A DNA stretch of 62,254 nt, filler included, from Candidatus Nanoarchaeia archaeon (GTDB taxonomy: Archaea; Nanobdellota; Nanobdellia; Woesearchaeales; DATDTY01), in assembly GCA_035290625.1 (NCBI GenBank). It is 3 parts of 3 records of this genome, joined end to end, with 100 filler letters (N's around TTAATTAATTAA, not from the genome) between each part and the next. Parts side by side here need not be neighbours in the genome. Positions count along the whole stretch, not along the records: positions 39,226 to 62,254 come from DATDTY010000058.1; 2 more parts are not named here. One strand, given 5' to 3'. The position numbers and the translations under genes are program-made. This document shows positions 50,611-60,008 of this stretch, piece after piece (within the stretch, counting starts at the first letter, position 1; each line of letters begins with the position of its first letter). Below the pieces are notes generated by a model. It did not search any database. It worked only from the letters and a program-made list of their open reading frames with translations, and was not told where the DNA came from.

Positions 50611-51905
50611 ATGAAAAAAAACGAACTTAAAAAGAAGGTGCTGCGATTTCGCTGGGAATGGTGGGCGGAGAGGCCCTTTGGAGCATTTATCTTGTCGTTG
50701 TTTAAAGAGGGCCAAACCCGGTCGTATATGCAAAAAATTGGAGTTGATGCTCAATGGCCTGCAATGCTTTTCCAGAATGGCTGTTGGTATAAGAGCGAAG
50801 AAGTGTGGGATTTGTTCGAAAATCAGTTGACAGGATACCTATCCGACGGTGGATCTGTTTTTCAGATTACAAGAGGCTGCGAGTTATATGGGGAACATTC
50901 CAAAAAACAAATTCAGAAACTTATCAAGGCTGATATGACTCCGCGAAAAAAGCTCCAAGAATTACACAATGTCCTTGCACTGGATATTGCTTTTGTGTGG
51001 GTGACTCATGGGCTCGAGCATTTGTATAAAAAAAGGCTATACAATGAAATTCCTAAATATTTCAGCGGAGACGTTGAAAAGTTTATTGGTGATGCCAGCA
51101 TTCCAGCAAAAAAGAATGCCCATTACTACCTTGAGAAATCCTTGCGCAGCAAACAAAGCCTTAAAAGCGTGCAAAGACGTTTTGGCTGGATAAAAGCGAG
51201 GGACGGATTTTCTGATCCATACACTATCCAGGAACTCGCAGCTGAAAGAAAGCGTTTAATCGTTGCGGATCCTGCGCATATCCGAAGAATAAAGGTTCCA
51301 GAGGAACTTAAGCCTTTAGTAGATATTACAAAGGAACTCGTTTATTTGCGGACATTGCGCACCGATCTCCTCTACGAGTTGCTATTCATAAGCAGGCCTA
51401 TTCTTAAAGAAATCGCGAATGTGTACGGAATCCCCTTTAAGGAGCTTAGAGATTACTCAATCCACGATTTAATCTCAGCCAAGCCGAGGAAGTATCCAAA
51501 GCAGGTTACAGCAATCAGCTTTGGTAAGAATTTCTTTTTTTTTGATGCGCCTATCCTTAAGGGTGATATAGAAAGTATCAAAGACCTGAACCAGCTTTCT
51601 GGAACAATCGCTAATCGGGGCATTGCTATAGGAAAGGCAAAAATTGTAAAGACTGCTTATGAAATCAGCAAGGTGAATCGTGGGGATATCCTATTAGCCC
51701 CAACTACTGCTCCTTCTTACATTATTGGGATGAAGAAGGCTGCGGCATTTGTAACAGATGAAGGGGGATTACCTCTCATGCAGCGATTATCGCTCGAGAA
51801 ACGGGGAAACCGTGCATCATCGGAACCAAGCACGCAACACATATCTTTAAGGACGGCGACCTTATCGAAGTAGACGCCAATAAGGGCATAGTGAGGAGAC
51901 TCTAA
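50611..51905 (+). pseudogene. PEP-utiliser mobile domain protein, paralogue 5, frameshifted just before the catalytic His
   Basis: G5 run at 51763-51767; adding one base restores [47 protein letters not shown] ending at 51905. Confidence 0.85.
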
Positions 51906-52094
51906 CTGGGGCAGTATCCTGCCGTATTTTCTTATATATGAAATGTACTTCATATATTTCTGAAATATATGAACTTTAAGTAAAATTCTAGGAACCGTTA
52001 TGTGGGGGAAGGCCCCTTGGGTATAAAATATACCTATCAATAGGATTAAAATATACCATAAACTTTAAAAATAGAAGGTAATTTCTATACCAAG

Positions 52095-52526
52095 ATGACC
52101 ACGATCGCAGACCATAAGCGCAAGATTCGGGAACATGTTGAGGAGATCAATGATGCAATTGATTATGGGATAGAAAAACGCCCAATCACTCTGGGTTTTC
52201 ATGCGTCTGCCTGCGGCGTAGAGCTCCTTGAGCTTTTCCTTCATAAGTCAGACCTTATCTCTACAGGGAAGGTTGTCAAGCACAGCTGGTTCAAGAGGCC
52301 CCGGCAAGATCAGAAGATTGACCCCCTCATAGAAAGAAAGCTGCCTGTTCATTTTGCAGGAAAGGAGGATATCTATAACCTTCTTTATTCTGTAGAGGAA
52401 AACCGAGATGCCTTAGTCTATGGGAAGTGCACAAAGAGCCAGATAGAGTCTGTTATCACTGCCTTCTTTAGCCTCAAAAAGGAGATTGAGAAGAAACTTC
52501 ATGAATTAGGTGAGAGCCTTGATTAA
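52095..52526 (+). CDS. Putative HEPN-like protein paired with a nucleotidyltransferase
   Basis: All-helical 143 aa with E.NRDALVYG motif; overlaps the downstream MNT gene. Confidence 0.55.
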   Translation: MTTIADHKRKIREHVEEINDAIDYGIEKRPITLGFHASACGVELLELFLHKSDLISTGKVVKHSWFKRPRQDQKIDPLIERKLPVHFAGKEDIYNLLYSVEENRDALVYGKCTKSQIESVITAFFSLKKEIEKKLHELGESLD

Positions 52527-53112
52527 GAAAACCGAGCTCATAGCTGTTGCATTTTCCTTCCTAAGCTTTGTTTTCCGGGAGCCTTACCAAAAAGGTATCC
52601 GCAGGATTATCCTCTATGGATCTGTGGCAAGGAATGAGTTTGATGAGGGAAGCGATATTGATCTCTTTTTTGACTGCGGCAATGAGGCTGAAACAAAAAA
52701 GCTTGTCAGCAGGGCTCTCGCCAAGTTCTATGCTTCCCAAGAGTGGGGCAAATGGAAGTTAAAGGGAATCACCAACGAGATCCAGCCCATGGTTGGCTCA
52801 TTGGAGGAATGGGACCTGAAGCAAAGCGCTGAGAAGGAAGGCGTCCAGCTCTACTCTTCTACTGCTGCGCCGCACCTTATGAAATACTACTTATTTTCCT
52901 TTTCTGCTCTTACTCCTCTTTCCAGAAGAAACCGGGTTATCCGCAGGCTTTTTGGGAGAAAAGGATATAACCAAGCCGGGATTGTGGAGCGCTACGGAGG
53001 AAGCAAGATTACTCCAAGATCTTTTCTTATCCCCCAAGATGGAGTAAAGGAGGCAACAACAGTACTATCCAAGGAGAAGGCAGAATTCAGCTTCAAAGAG
53101 GTGTGGATGTGA
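52510..53112 (+). CDS. Nucleotidyltransferase (MNT) with extra C-terminal domain
   Basis: IILYGSVARNEFDEGSDIDLFFD. Confidence 0.85.
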   Translation: MRALIKKTELIAVAFSFLSFVFREPYQKGIRRIILYGSVARNEFDEGSDIDLFFDCGNEAETKKLVSRALAKFYASQEWGKWKLKGITNEIQPMVGSLEEWDLKQSAEKEGVQLYSSTAAPHLMKYYLFSFSALTPLSRRNRVIRRLFGRKGYNQAGIVERYGGSKITPRSFLIPQDGVKEATTVLSKEKAEFSFKEVWM

Positions 53113-53142
53113 GGCAGAGAAAGGAGTGGTGCGGAAACTAAA

Positions 53143-54570
53143 ATGATTGATCCAAAAAGAAGGCTTTTCAAATGGGGGCCGATTGACGGCAAAATCCTGT
53201 ATACCGACTCCTTTATGGATCACATGGTGTTGTTCCAGAAGGAATTTCCGTACAGCTGGCCGGATACTCTTGATTTCATATCGAACGATAAAATCCTGAT
53301 TATCCTGGATTATGAAGATCTGTACTCTGTAGGAGAAAGGATGTTTCGTGAGCTTATCCTTGAAGAAAAGAAGAAGAAAGAACTCTACCATGAGTGGATT
53401 CATTATTGCAGCAGAATCGAGAAGCTCCTGAAGAGGACTACCCCCGGGTTTCTGAAGTGCCTTGCAGATGAAGGGCTAACCAAAGAACTTCAGGCTTTCA
53501 ACGCCATCTACGATAAATTCTGGTCATACGGATTTGTCCCAGAGATTGCAAACTGGGGAGGGGAGAGGATCCTGCATAACAAAATCAAGGAAGCGTATCC
53601 GGATGCCTTTAACGAGATTCTGGAGATACTGTCAACCCCTGAAGAGCTCTCCTTCTACCAAAGAGAAGAGCTGGACTTGTTGAGGATAAAGCTCAAGAAG
53701 AACAAATCAAAATACATCAAGGGCCACCAGCAGAGTTATTTCTGGATAAAAAACAGCTATGGAGGTGTTCTGGTAACGCCCGAAAAGGATTTCAGGAAGC
53801 GGCTGGACGAAGTATCTTCTGCGGAAGCAAAGAAGAAGGTATCTGAGATACTCCATTATACACAATCGGTTAAAAGAAAGAAGCAGGACGCGATCAGGAA
53901 GCAGCATATCGCAAAAGATGTCCAGACTATCGGATCAAACCTCAGCTTTACGATATGGTGGCAGGATCTCAGGAAAAAATACATCTTTATGGCGCTCCAC
54001 ATCATAACCCTCTTCGCTTTCGAGGTTTGCCGGAGAAACAAGGTTCCTGAAAGAGATGTCCTGTTCTATAATCCCGGAGAGCTGTTCAATCTGGCAGCGC
54101 ATCATGAAAAGGCACAACACATGGCCCAAAGGAAGAGAGGCTATGCCTCTTATTATTCTGAAAAGAAGAATGCTGTAACCTATCTCTATGGGGAGAAGGC
54201 GCTTGCATTTATGAAACCTTATACTTCTCTAAAAATCGATACAAGCATCAAGGAATTCTCGGGCCATGGCGTAAGCAAAGGAAAAGCAAGAGGCCATGTA
54301 TGCATACTGACAGGAGCACGGCATTTTGGCAAGCTTAGGGAGGGGGATGTCCTTGTCGCATCAATGACAAGCCCAGAATTCGTCGTTGCGATGAGGAAAG
54401 CAGCTGCTATTGTAACAGACGAAGGGGGCTATACAAGCCATGCAGCAATCGTAAGCAGGGAGATGAAGAAGCCGTGCATTGTAGGGACAAGGATAGCGAC
54501 AAGGGTTTTGAAGGATGGGGATTATGTTGAGGTGGATGCTGATAAGGGGATTGTGAGGAAAGTACGATGA
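53143..54570 (+). CDS. PEP-utiliser mobile domain protein, paralogue 6
   Basis: TDEGGYTSHAAIVSREMKKPCIVG. Confidence 0.9.
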   Translation: MIDPKRRLFKWGPIDGKILYTDSFMDHMVLFQKEFPYSWPDTLDFISNDKILIILDYEDLYSVGERMFRELILEEKKKKELYHEWIHYCSRIEKLLKRTTPGFLKCLADEGLTKELQAFNAIYDKFWSYGFVPEIANWGGERILHNKIKEAYPDAFNEILEILSTPEELSFYQREELDLLRIKLKKNKSKYIKGHQQSYFWIKNSYGGVLVTPEKDFRKRLDEVSSAEAKKKVSEILHYTQSVKRKKQDAIRKQHIAKDVQTIGSNLSFTIWWQDLRKKYIFMALHIITLFAFEVCRRNKVPERDVLFYNPGELFNLAAHHEKAQHMAQRKRGYASYYSEKKNAVTYLYGEKALAFMKPYTSLKIDTSIKEFSGHGVSKGKARGHVCILTGARHFGKLREGDVLVASMTSPEFVVAMRKAAAIVTDEGGYTSHAAIVSREMKKPCIVGTRIATRVLKDGDYVEVDADKGIVRKVR

Positions 54571-55568
54571 ATAATGACTGGTATGAGGGAGCTGCAAGAG
54601 AACTTTCTTTCTTCACAACGACAGAGATTATCAAAGCTTACACTTCTATGCAGAAGAAATATGGCATTGCTTTCTATAGTGTCTTGTTCCACAGCAAGAA
54701 AGGAGTTCTTCGGATGATTCGGAAGAAGTCGGAATTAAATGCAATAATTGATTTTATTGAACATCAATCTGAAGAATTCGTTATTGGACAGTTTAAGAAG
54801 GCGCTCTCCTTATACGAGAAACTGAAGAAGGCACTTCAAAAAAAGGCACTGACTCAAGGAAAGTTTCAGAAAGTCATCTCTTTATGTGAAGAACTCTGGG
54901 CCTACAATATGTTCTGCATCTATTTCACCTACGCTACAGAGAGAAAAAGAGTCAAAGAAATATCTGGCAGAAACTATGCCCTTGTTGCAAAAGTAAGAAA
55001 TGAAATCTGTAATGTGTTGATATTGGAGCGCTTCTTACGGCATCAAAAGATTGACTTATCTGAACTGAATGGAAGAGAGATCCAACTCTATCTCGACAAG
55101 AAAGAACTTCCTGATGAGAAGGAGTTAAAGGAACGAAGAGAAGAATATCTTATATTCATGCAGGATCTAAAGGCAACAAGGATACCTAGATCAAAGATAC
55201 AGTCTACCCTTATACACTATATTGAGGATGCTGATTATACCCATCTACGAGAACTGAAAGGCATAGTGGCATTCAAGGGAAACGTTTCCGGGCCTGCCAG
55301 GATAATACTGAGAAAAAAGGATCTTCATTTGTTGAAGAAGGGGGAAATCCTTGTTACGTTAAGCACAAGTCCTGATTTTGTTCCCTACCTCCTAAAATCA
55401 GTAGGCATCGTCACAGATTACGGAGGGGTTGTGAGCCATGCAGCTATCATCGCCAGAGAGGAAAAAATACCCTGTATTGTTGGAACTAAGATAGCTACTA
55501 AGGTCTTTAAGAATGGCGACTTCGTTGAGGTGGATGCAAATAAAGGAGTGGTGAGGAAGATTAAATGA
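54567..55568 (+). CDS. PEP-utiliser mobile domain protein, paralogue 7 (short N-domain)
   Basis: [28 protein letters not shown] overlap. Confidence 0.9.
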   Translation: MNNDWYEGAARELSFFTTTEIIKAYTSMQKKYGIAFYSVLFHSKKGVLRMIRKKSELNAIIDFIEHQSEEFVIGQFKKALSLYEKLKKALQKKALTQGKFQKVISLCEELWAYNMFCIYFTYATERKRVKEISGRNYALVAKVRNEICNVLILERFLRHQKIDLSELNGREIQLYLDKKELPDEKELKERREEYLIFMQDLKATRIPRSKIQSTLIHYIEDADYTHLRELKGIVAFKGNVSGPARIILRKKDLHLLKKGEILVTLSTSPDFVPYLLKSVGIVTDYGGVVSHAAIIAREEKIPCIVGTKIATKVFKNGDFVEVDANKGVVRKIK

Positions 55569-55616
55569 GGCTCAGGCATTGGGCTACGCCGCAGATGGAA
55601 TGGACATTAAAGTAAT

Positions 55617-56981
55617 CTATAATCCATCTCTCCCAAATTTGTTGCCTAACTCTTCTAATCTCCTATTAACCTTACTGGAATAAAACATTGCTGCAATCTC
55701 TTCGGCGATTATTAATCCGCCTAAGCTTAACCGAATTACATCTTCATCTTTTTCTAATAGTCCTTTATTTTTTAAATCTTCAATTTTATCTCCAAGCGGA
55801 ATATCTATCGGAACACCAAATCTGTCAAAAAATAATTTTTTATCTATCCCTCCTGATGGTTTATTTATGCCACTTGTTTTAATTCCAAAAACAGCAAATC
55901 TTATCATTTGCTCTTCTGCTGTCAATCGCTCTCCAGATTCAACAGCTAAACTCCCTGATTCAATTCTTGATATATAATCTTCAAGACTTTTTCTCATATT
56001 TTCTCCAAATCTTCCAACATTCCTATAAGTAAAACCATTAAACCAAGAATATGCAGAAGCTCCCAATCCAATTAACTCAGAACCAAAATGCCATTTTTGT
56101 TCTTGCTGTCTAAATTCCTTTTGCGGCAATGCAAATTGATTTGGGGAAATTTGGATGTATCCTGTATCAATTAAAAATTCTAATGCTCGAATATACATTT
56201 CCATTGCCTCTTCTTTTGATGGAAAGAGAGACTCATTTCTTTTGCTAAGAGTTGTTCTTCTTTCTTTTCTTAAATGATATAAAGTAACATAATCCGGTTT
56301 TAAATCTCCGATTATACATAGAGTTTCATCCCATAATCCTAGTGTTTGTTTTGGTAATCGGTACATTAAATCGATGTTAATTCTTTCAAAACCATGTTTC
56401 CTTGCCCTATGATAAGAATCAATGGCCTCTTGTCCTGTATGTCCTCTGTGTCTTGCAGCCAATACTTCATCGTGAAAATCTTGAACGCCTATACTAAGAC
56501 GATTTATACCACCTTGAATCATTGTTAATAGTATTGCATCATTTAAGGTGTCTGGCGTTGATTCTGAGGTAATCTCTGCATCTTCATTAAATAATAATTT
56601 ATGTCGAATATAACCGAGTAGTTGAGAAAACTGTCTTGTGCTTAGTCGGGTTGGGGTTCCGCCTCCAAAGAACAAACTGCTTACTGTTCTATCTCCTAAA
56701 TCACTTCTTTCTAAATATATACCTAATTCTTTCTGAACGGCATTAACATATCTATCTCGTTCATTCTCACTTAATCGTTTCAGTTTGTAGAAAGAGCAAA
56801 AGTCACAAATATAAGGGCAATCGGGTATATGGACATACAATCCAATAGATGGTTTTCTCAGGACATCATTTGCTTCAACAGTTGGTCTGATAATTGGTGG
56901 GGGATATTCTACAACGAAACTATATTTTTCAACACCCCTAAAAGGTGCTACTTTGGTTATTATGGCTCTATCTATTGTCAT
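55617..56981 (-). CDS. HemN/HemW-like radical SAM protein
   Basis: LYVHIPDCPYICDFC (CxxxCxxC), FGGGTPT, RLSIGVQDF, INIDLMY.LP.QT, GLGASA. Confidence 0.9.
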   Translation of the reverse strand: MTIDRAIITKVAPFRGVEKYSFVVEYPPPIIRPTVEANDVLRKPSIGLYVHIPDCPYICDFCSFYKLKRLSENERDRYVNAVQKELGIYLERSDLGDRTVSSLFFGGGTPTRLSTRQFSQLLGYIRHKLLFNEDAEITSESTPDTLNDAILLTMIQGGINRLSIGVQDFHDEVLAARHRGHTGQEAIDSYHRARKHGFERINIDLMYRLPKQTLGLWDETLCIIGDLKPDYVTLYHLRKERRTTLSKRNESLFPSKEEAMEMYIRALEFLIDTGYIQISPNQFALPQKEFRQQEQKWHFGSELIGLGASAYSWFNGFTYRNVGRFGENMRKSLEDYISRIESGSLAVESGERLTAEEQMIRFAVFGIKTSGINKPSGGIDKKLFFDRFGVPIDIPLGDKIEDLKNKGLLEKDEDVIRLSLGGLIIAEEIAAMFYSSKVNRRLEELGNKFGRDGL

Positions 56982-57077
56982 AACAACTCTGTAGTAGTCA
57001 TTTCTATATAAGATTATGTTGTAAATCTATTTACTACAACAGTAAAAATTAAATAGTAGTTATTAATACTGATACTC

Positions 57078-57821
57078 ATGAAAGAGAAAGCACTCAGAAA
57101 ATTTGGATTAAGTGATAGAGAAATAAGAGTTTATATAGTTTTACTAGAATTGGGCGAAGCTCTGGCTTCCAAAATAGCTCAAAAGACAGATACTCCAAGA
57201 ACACTCGTTTATGATATCTTAGAAAAGTTATTAGATAAGGGTGTTGTAAGTTATGTGATTAAATCCAATAAAAAATATTTCTCTGCTCTTGAACCAAGCA
57301 GTTTGATAGAAGTTTTGAGAAACAAAGAATGGGAAAAAGAAAAACTCGTTCAGGAAGCTCTACCAGAATTGCTATCTCTAAAACATAAAGATTTAGATAA
57401 AAAAACAAAAGTTGAAATTTATGAGGGAAAAGAAGGAGTTAAAACTTTATTTAATGATGTATTAAAAGTTGGAAAAGAATTTTTATGTTTTGGTTCTACT
57501 GGAATTTCCCCGGATATACTCCCTTATGAACTATCAAGATTTCATAAAGAGCGGATAAAAAGAAAGATACATTGGAAAGTAATATATAACAATGATGAAT
57601 TAGGAAGAAAAAGAGGCATGGAGGCGAGTAAGTGGAAATATTCTCAAGTAAAATATATGGAAAAAACCAGCCCTACTACGACCTATTGCTATGGGAATAA
57701 AGTTGCTATTGTTTTATGGATAAAAGAAAGGTTGTTAGCTGTCATGATTGAAGATGAGATTATCACAAATTCATTTAAAGAATTTTTTGAAGTCTTATGG
57801 AAAAATGCAAAATCAATTTAG
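57078..57821 (+). CDS. TrmB-family transcriptional regulator
   Basis: FGLSDREIRVYIVLLELG..ASKIAQKT..PRTLVYDILEKL..KG.V; VEIYEGKEG. Confidence 0.9.
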   Translation: MKEKALRKFGLSDREIRVYIVLLELGEALASKIAQKTDTPRTLVYDILEKLLDKGVVSYVIKSNKKYFSALEPSSLIEVLRNKEWEKEKLVQEALPELLSLKHKDLDKKTKVEIYEGKEGVKTLFNDVLKVGKEFLCFGSTGISPDILPYELSRFHKERIKRKIHWKVIYNNDELGRKRGMEASKWKYSQVKYMEKTSPTTTYCYGNKVAIVLWIKERLLAVMIEDEIITNSFKEFFEVLWKNAKSI

Positions 57822-57869
57822 CGAGAACTCAACTATATTTAACTTATATCTGCAAAGAGCGGCAAGATC

Positions 57870-59276
57870 ATGACAGCACCCAAAAAAGTCCGCTGGCAGA
57901 AATTCTTTTCCAGAGGCCAGCATCCTGTGCTTATTAGTGATCTGGCCTGGCGCACGCTGCAGCTCCAGCCTGAGGTCCTTGGTTTGTCGGCGATGCATTA
58001 CTATAAGCGCGACGTGCGATCAACCTATTTTGATTCTGGCGAATACCAGCATTTGCTTGGCGTTCTGAGAAATCAGCTAGCGCAAAAGCCGCATCAGGTG
58101 TTGGCGATCCTGAAACAGTTTGAGAGAGATGCAGCTTCTCTTATTCGATTGGCTCGCAGCTTTGCCAGGTATGACTGGCCAAAGGCATCTGACTCCGCCT
58201 TGCGCTCTCGCTTAACGTCCTTTCTCAAGCGCTTTGTTCCTCTTTTTACTTCGGTTTATTACCCTCTTTGGGTGGAGGAGGCAGGCACAGATCTCTTGCA
58301 TGGGCTTCTGAAAAGCAAGCCACAGCCAGAGCGGGAACGATTTTTCTGGCAGGCAACCCGGCCTGACAGGCTGACCACCAGAGATCGCTATCGTCTTAGC
58401 ATTTTACAGGCTAGCCAGCGTCTGACAAGAGATAAAACTCTAAACAAAAAGAGAATCGCTGGCGAGGCAAGAAGCATTGCAAAGCAGTTTGATTATCTTG
58501 CGTCCTATATGCTGCGGATTGAACGTTATAGTGTTGCGGATATCGAGGCAGAGCTGCGCCATGTTGCTGGGCAGAACCCGGCTAGCCAGCTGCAAGCCAG
58601 ACGGGAGGCAGAAGCAAAGCAGACAGCTGCAATGGGCCAATTATTGCAGAATCAAAGCCAGAAGGTTCAGGATGTTGCACGGGTATTAGCGTACGATGTC
58701 TGGCTCCGGGACGAGCGCGTTACGTGGTATGCACGAATTTTTACTTTCTTAGAGCCGATGGTTAAAGAAGCAGCTAGGCGGGTGGGCTTAACGTACTATG
58801 AATTTGTTCAGCAGACGCTTGATGAGATCGCTTCAGGCAATACCCCTCCTAAGCGAAAGCTTCAGGAGAGGCTTCAAGGATATTCATACCTGGTTATTAA
58901 TGATACCGTAAAAATATCTACATTCCGTCATACCAGGACTGCTGAAAGCACTAAAACTGAGGTGCATGGACAGACGGCTTTTCCCGGTAGAGTTAAAGGA
59001 ATCGTACGATTAGGCAATGCTTATATTTTCCATCAGATACTGCCTGGAGAGGTTATTGTTTCCGGCATGACAACTCCAGAGGCAACCGCTTATGTTAAAA
59101 AAGCAGCAGCGATTGTTACTGATGAGGGTGGCATTACCTGCCATGCGGCGATTGTGGCTCGTGAGTTTAAGATTCCAACTATCATTGGAACAAAAATAGC
59201 GACAAAGGTTTTGAAGGATGGGGATTATGTTGAGGTGGATGCAAATAAAGGCATTGTCAGGAAACTGGGCAGATAA
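57870..59276 (+). CDS. PEP-utiliser mobile domain protein, paralogue 8
   Basis: TDEGGITCHAAIVAREFKIPTIIG. Confidence 0.9.
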   Translation: MTAPKKVRWQKFFSRGQHPVLISDLAWRTLQLQPEVLGLSAMHYYKRDVRSTYFDSGEYQHLLGVLRNQLAQKPHQVLAILKQFERDAASLIRLARSFARYDWPKASDSALRSRLTSFLKRFVPLFTSVYYPLWVEEAGTDLLHGLLKSKPQPERERFFWQATRPDRLTTRDRYRLSILQASQRLTRDKTLNKKRIAGEARSIAKQFDYLASYMLRIERYSVADIEAELRHVAGQNPASQLQARREAEAKQTAAMGQLLQNQSQKVQDVARVLAYDVWLRDERVTWYARIFTFLEPMVKEAARRVGLTYYEFVQQTLDEIASGNTPPKRKLQERLQGYSYLVINDTVKISTFRHTRTAESTKTEVHGQTAFPGRVKGIVRLGNAYIFHQILPGEVIVSGMTTPEATAYVKKAAAIVTDEGGITCHAAIVAREFKIPTIIGTKIATKVLKDGDYVEVDANKGIVRKLGR

Positions 59277-59285
59277 TCTTTGCTC

Positions 59286-59666
59286 TCACTTCAGTGGATG
59301 CAGGCGCAGCTCCTTTATGCGGTCGAAATCTTTGATATTGAGTGTTGCTAAAGGGCATTGATTAACAATAGCCGTTGCTGCGATAAAAATGTCGCGTATA
59401 CCTATCAGCCTTCCTGAGGATTTCAGCTGTTTGAAGACCTCTGCAGCTTTTCTGGCGCAGTCTTCGGACAGGCTAAGAATCTCTGTGCGGGAAGCGAACT
59501 GATCAATGGCATCGAGGTTTTTCTCCCTTAAATATAATTCAAAGATGCTGATGGAGGTGATGCACATCACCTTATCCTGGCAGGTATCAAGGAAGGCAGC
59601 TCCTTTTTTAGTCCCTTTCAGTATCTCAATGGCAATATCAGAATCTATGCATACCTTTTGTTCCAT
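59286..59666 (-). CDS. vapC: VapC/PIN-domain toxin
   Basis: CIDSD, SIFEL, RDIFIAATA, LATLN.KDF. Confidence 0.9.
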   Translation of the reverse strand: MEQKVCIDSDIAIEILKGTKKGAAFLDTCQDKVMCITSISIFELYLREKNLDAIDQFASRTEILSLSEDCARKAAEVFKQLKSSGRLIGIRDIFIAATAIVNQCPLATLNIKDFDRIKELRLHPLK

Positions 59667-59875
59667 TTGGCATACTCCTTTCTCAGACTTTTCCTAGAGC
59701 TTTCGTACTCTGCGTCTGTCCTTTCCAGCCTTCCTAAGCATGCCCTCAAGCTGCTTCCAGTCTTAGAACTCTTTCTCTCCATAAGCGCCCGAATGGCCTC
59801 GCTGAAGCTCTTATCTTCCTTCATCTCCTTCAATTCTTCATAGACTTTATTTGCGATCATGATCGTTTTGGCCAT
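59645..59875 (-). CDS. vapB: VapB-type antitoxin (archaeal RHH-like)
   Basis: MAKTIMIANKVYEELKEMK..KSFSEAIRAL; overlaps vapC start. Confidence 0.85.
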   Translation of the reverse strand: MAKTIMIANKVYEELKEMKEDKSFSEAIRALMERKSSKTGSSLRACLGRLERTDAEYESSRKSLRKEYAKWNKRYA

Positions 59876-60008
59876 AGTATACATATATATATACATATAT
59901 ATAAAAATGTTTCGGTCGCAGGCTGATTGGGTATATTTGAGGACTCGCCGCTCATGAATAGTATCCCAATAAAGCTTTTTATATGGCTCATGATTAGGGA
60001 GGAATATC

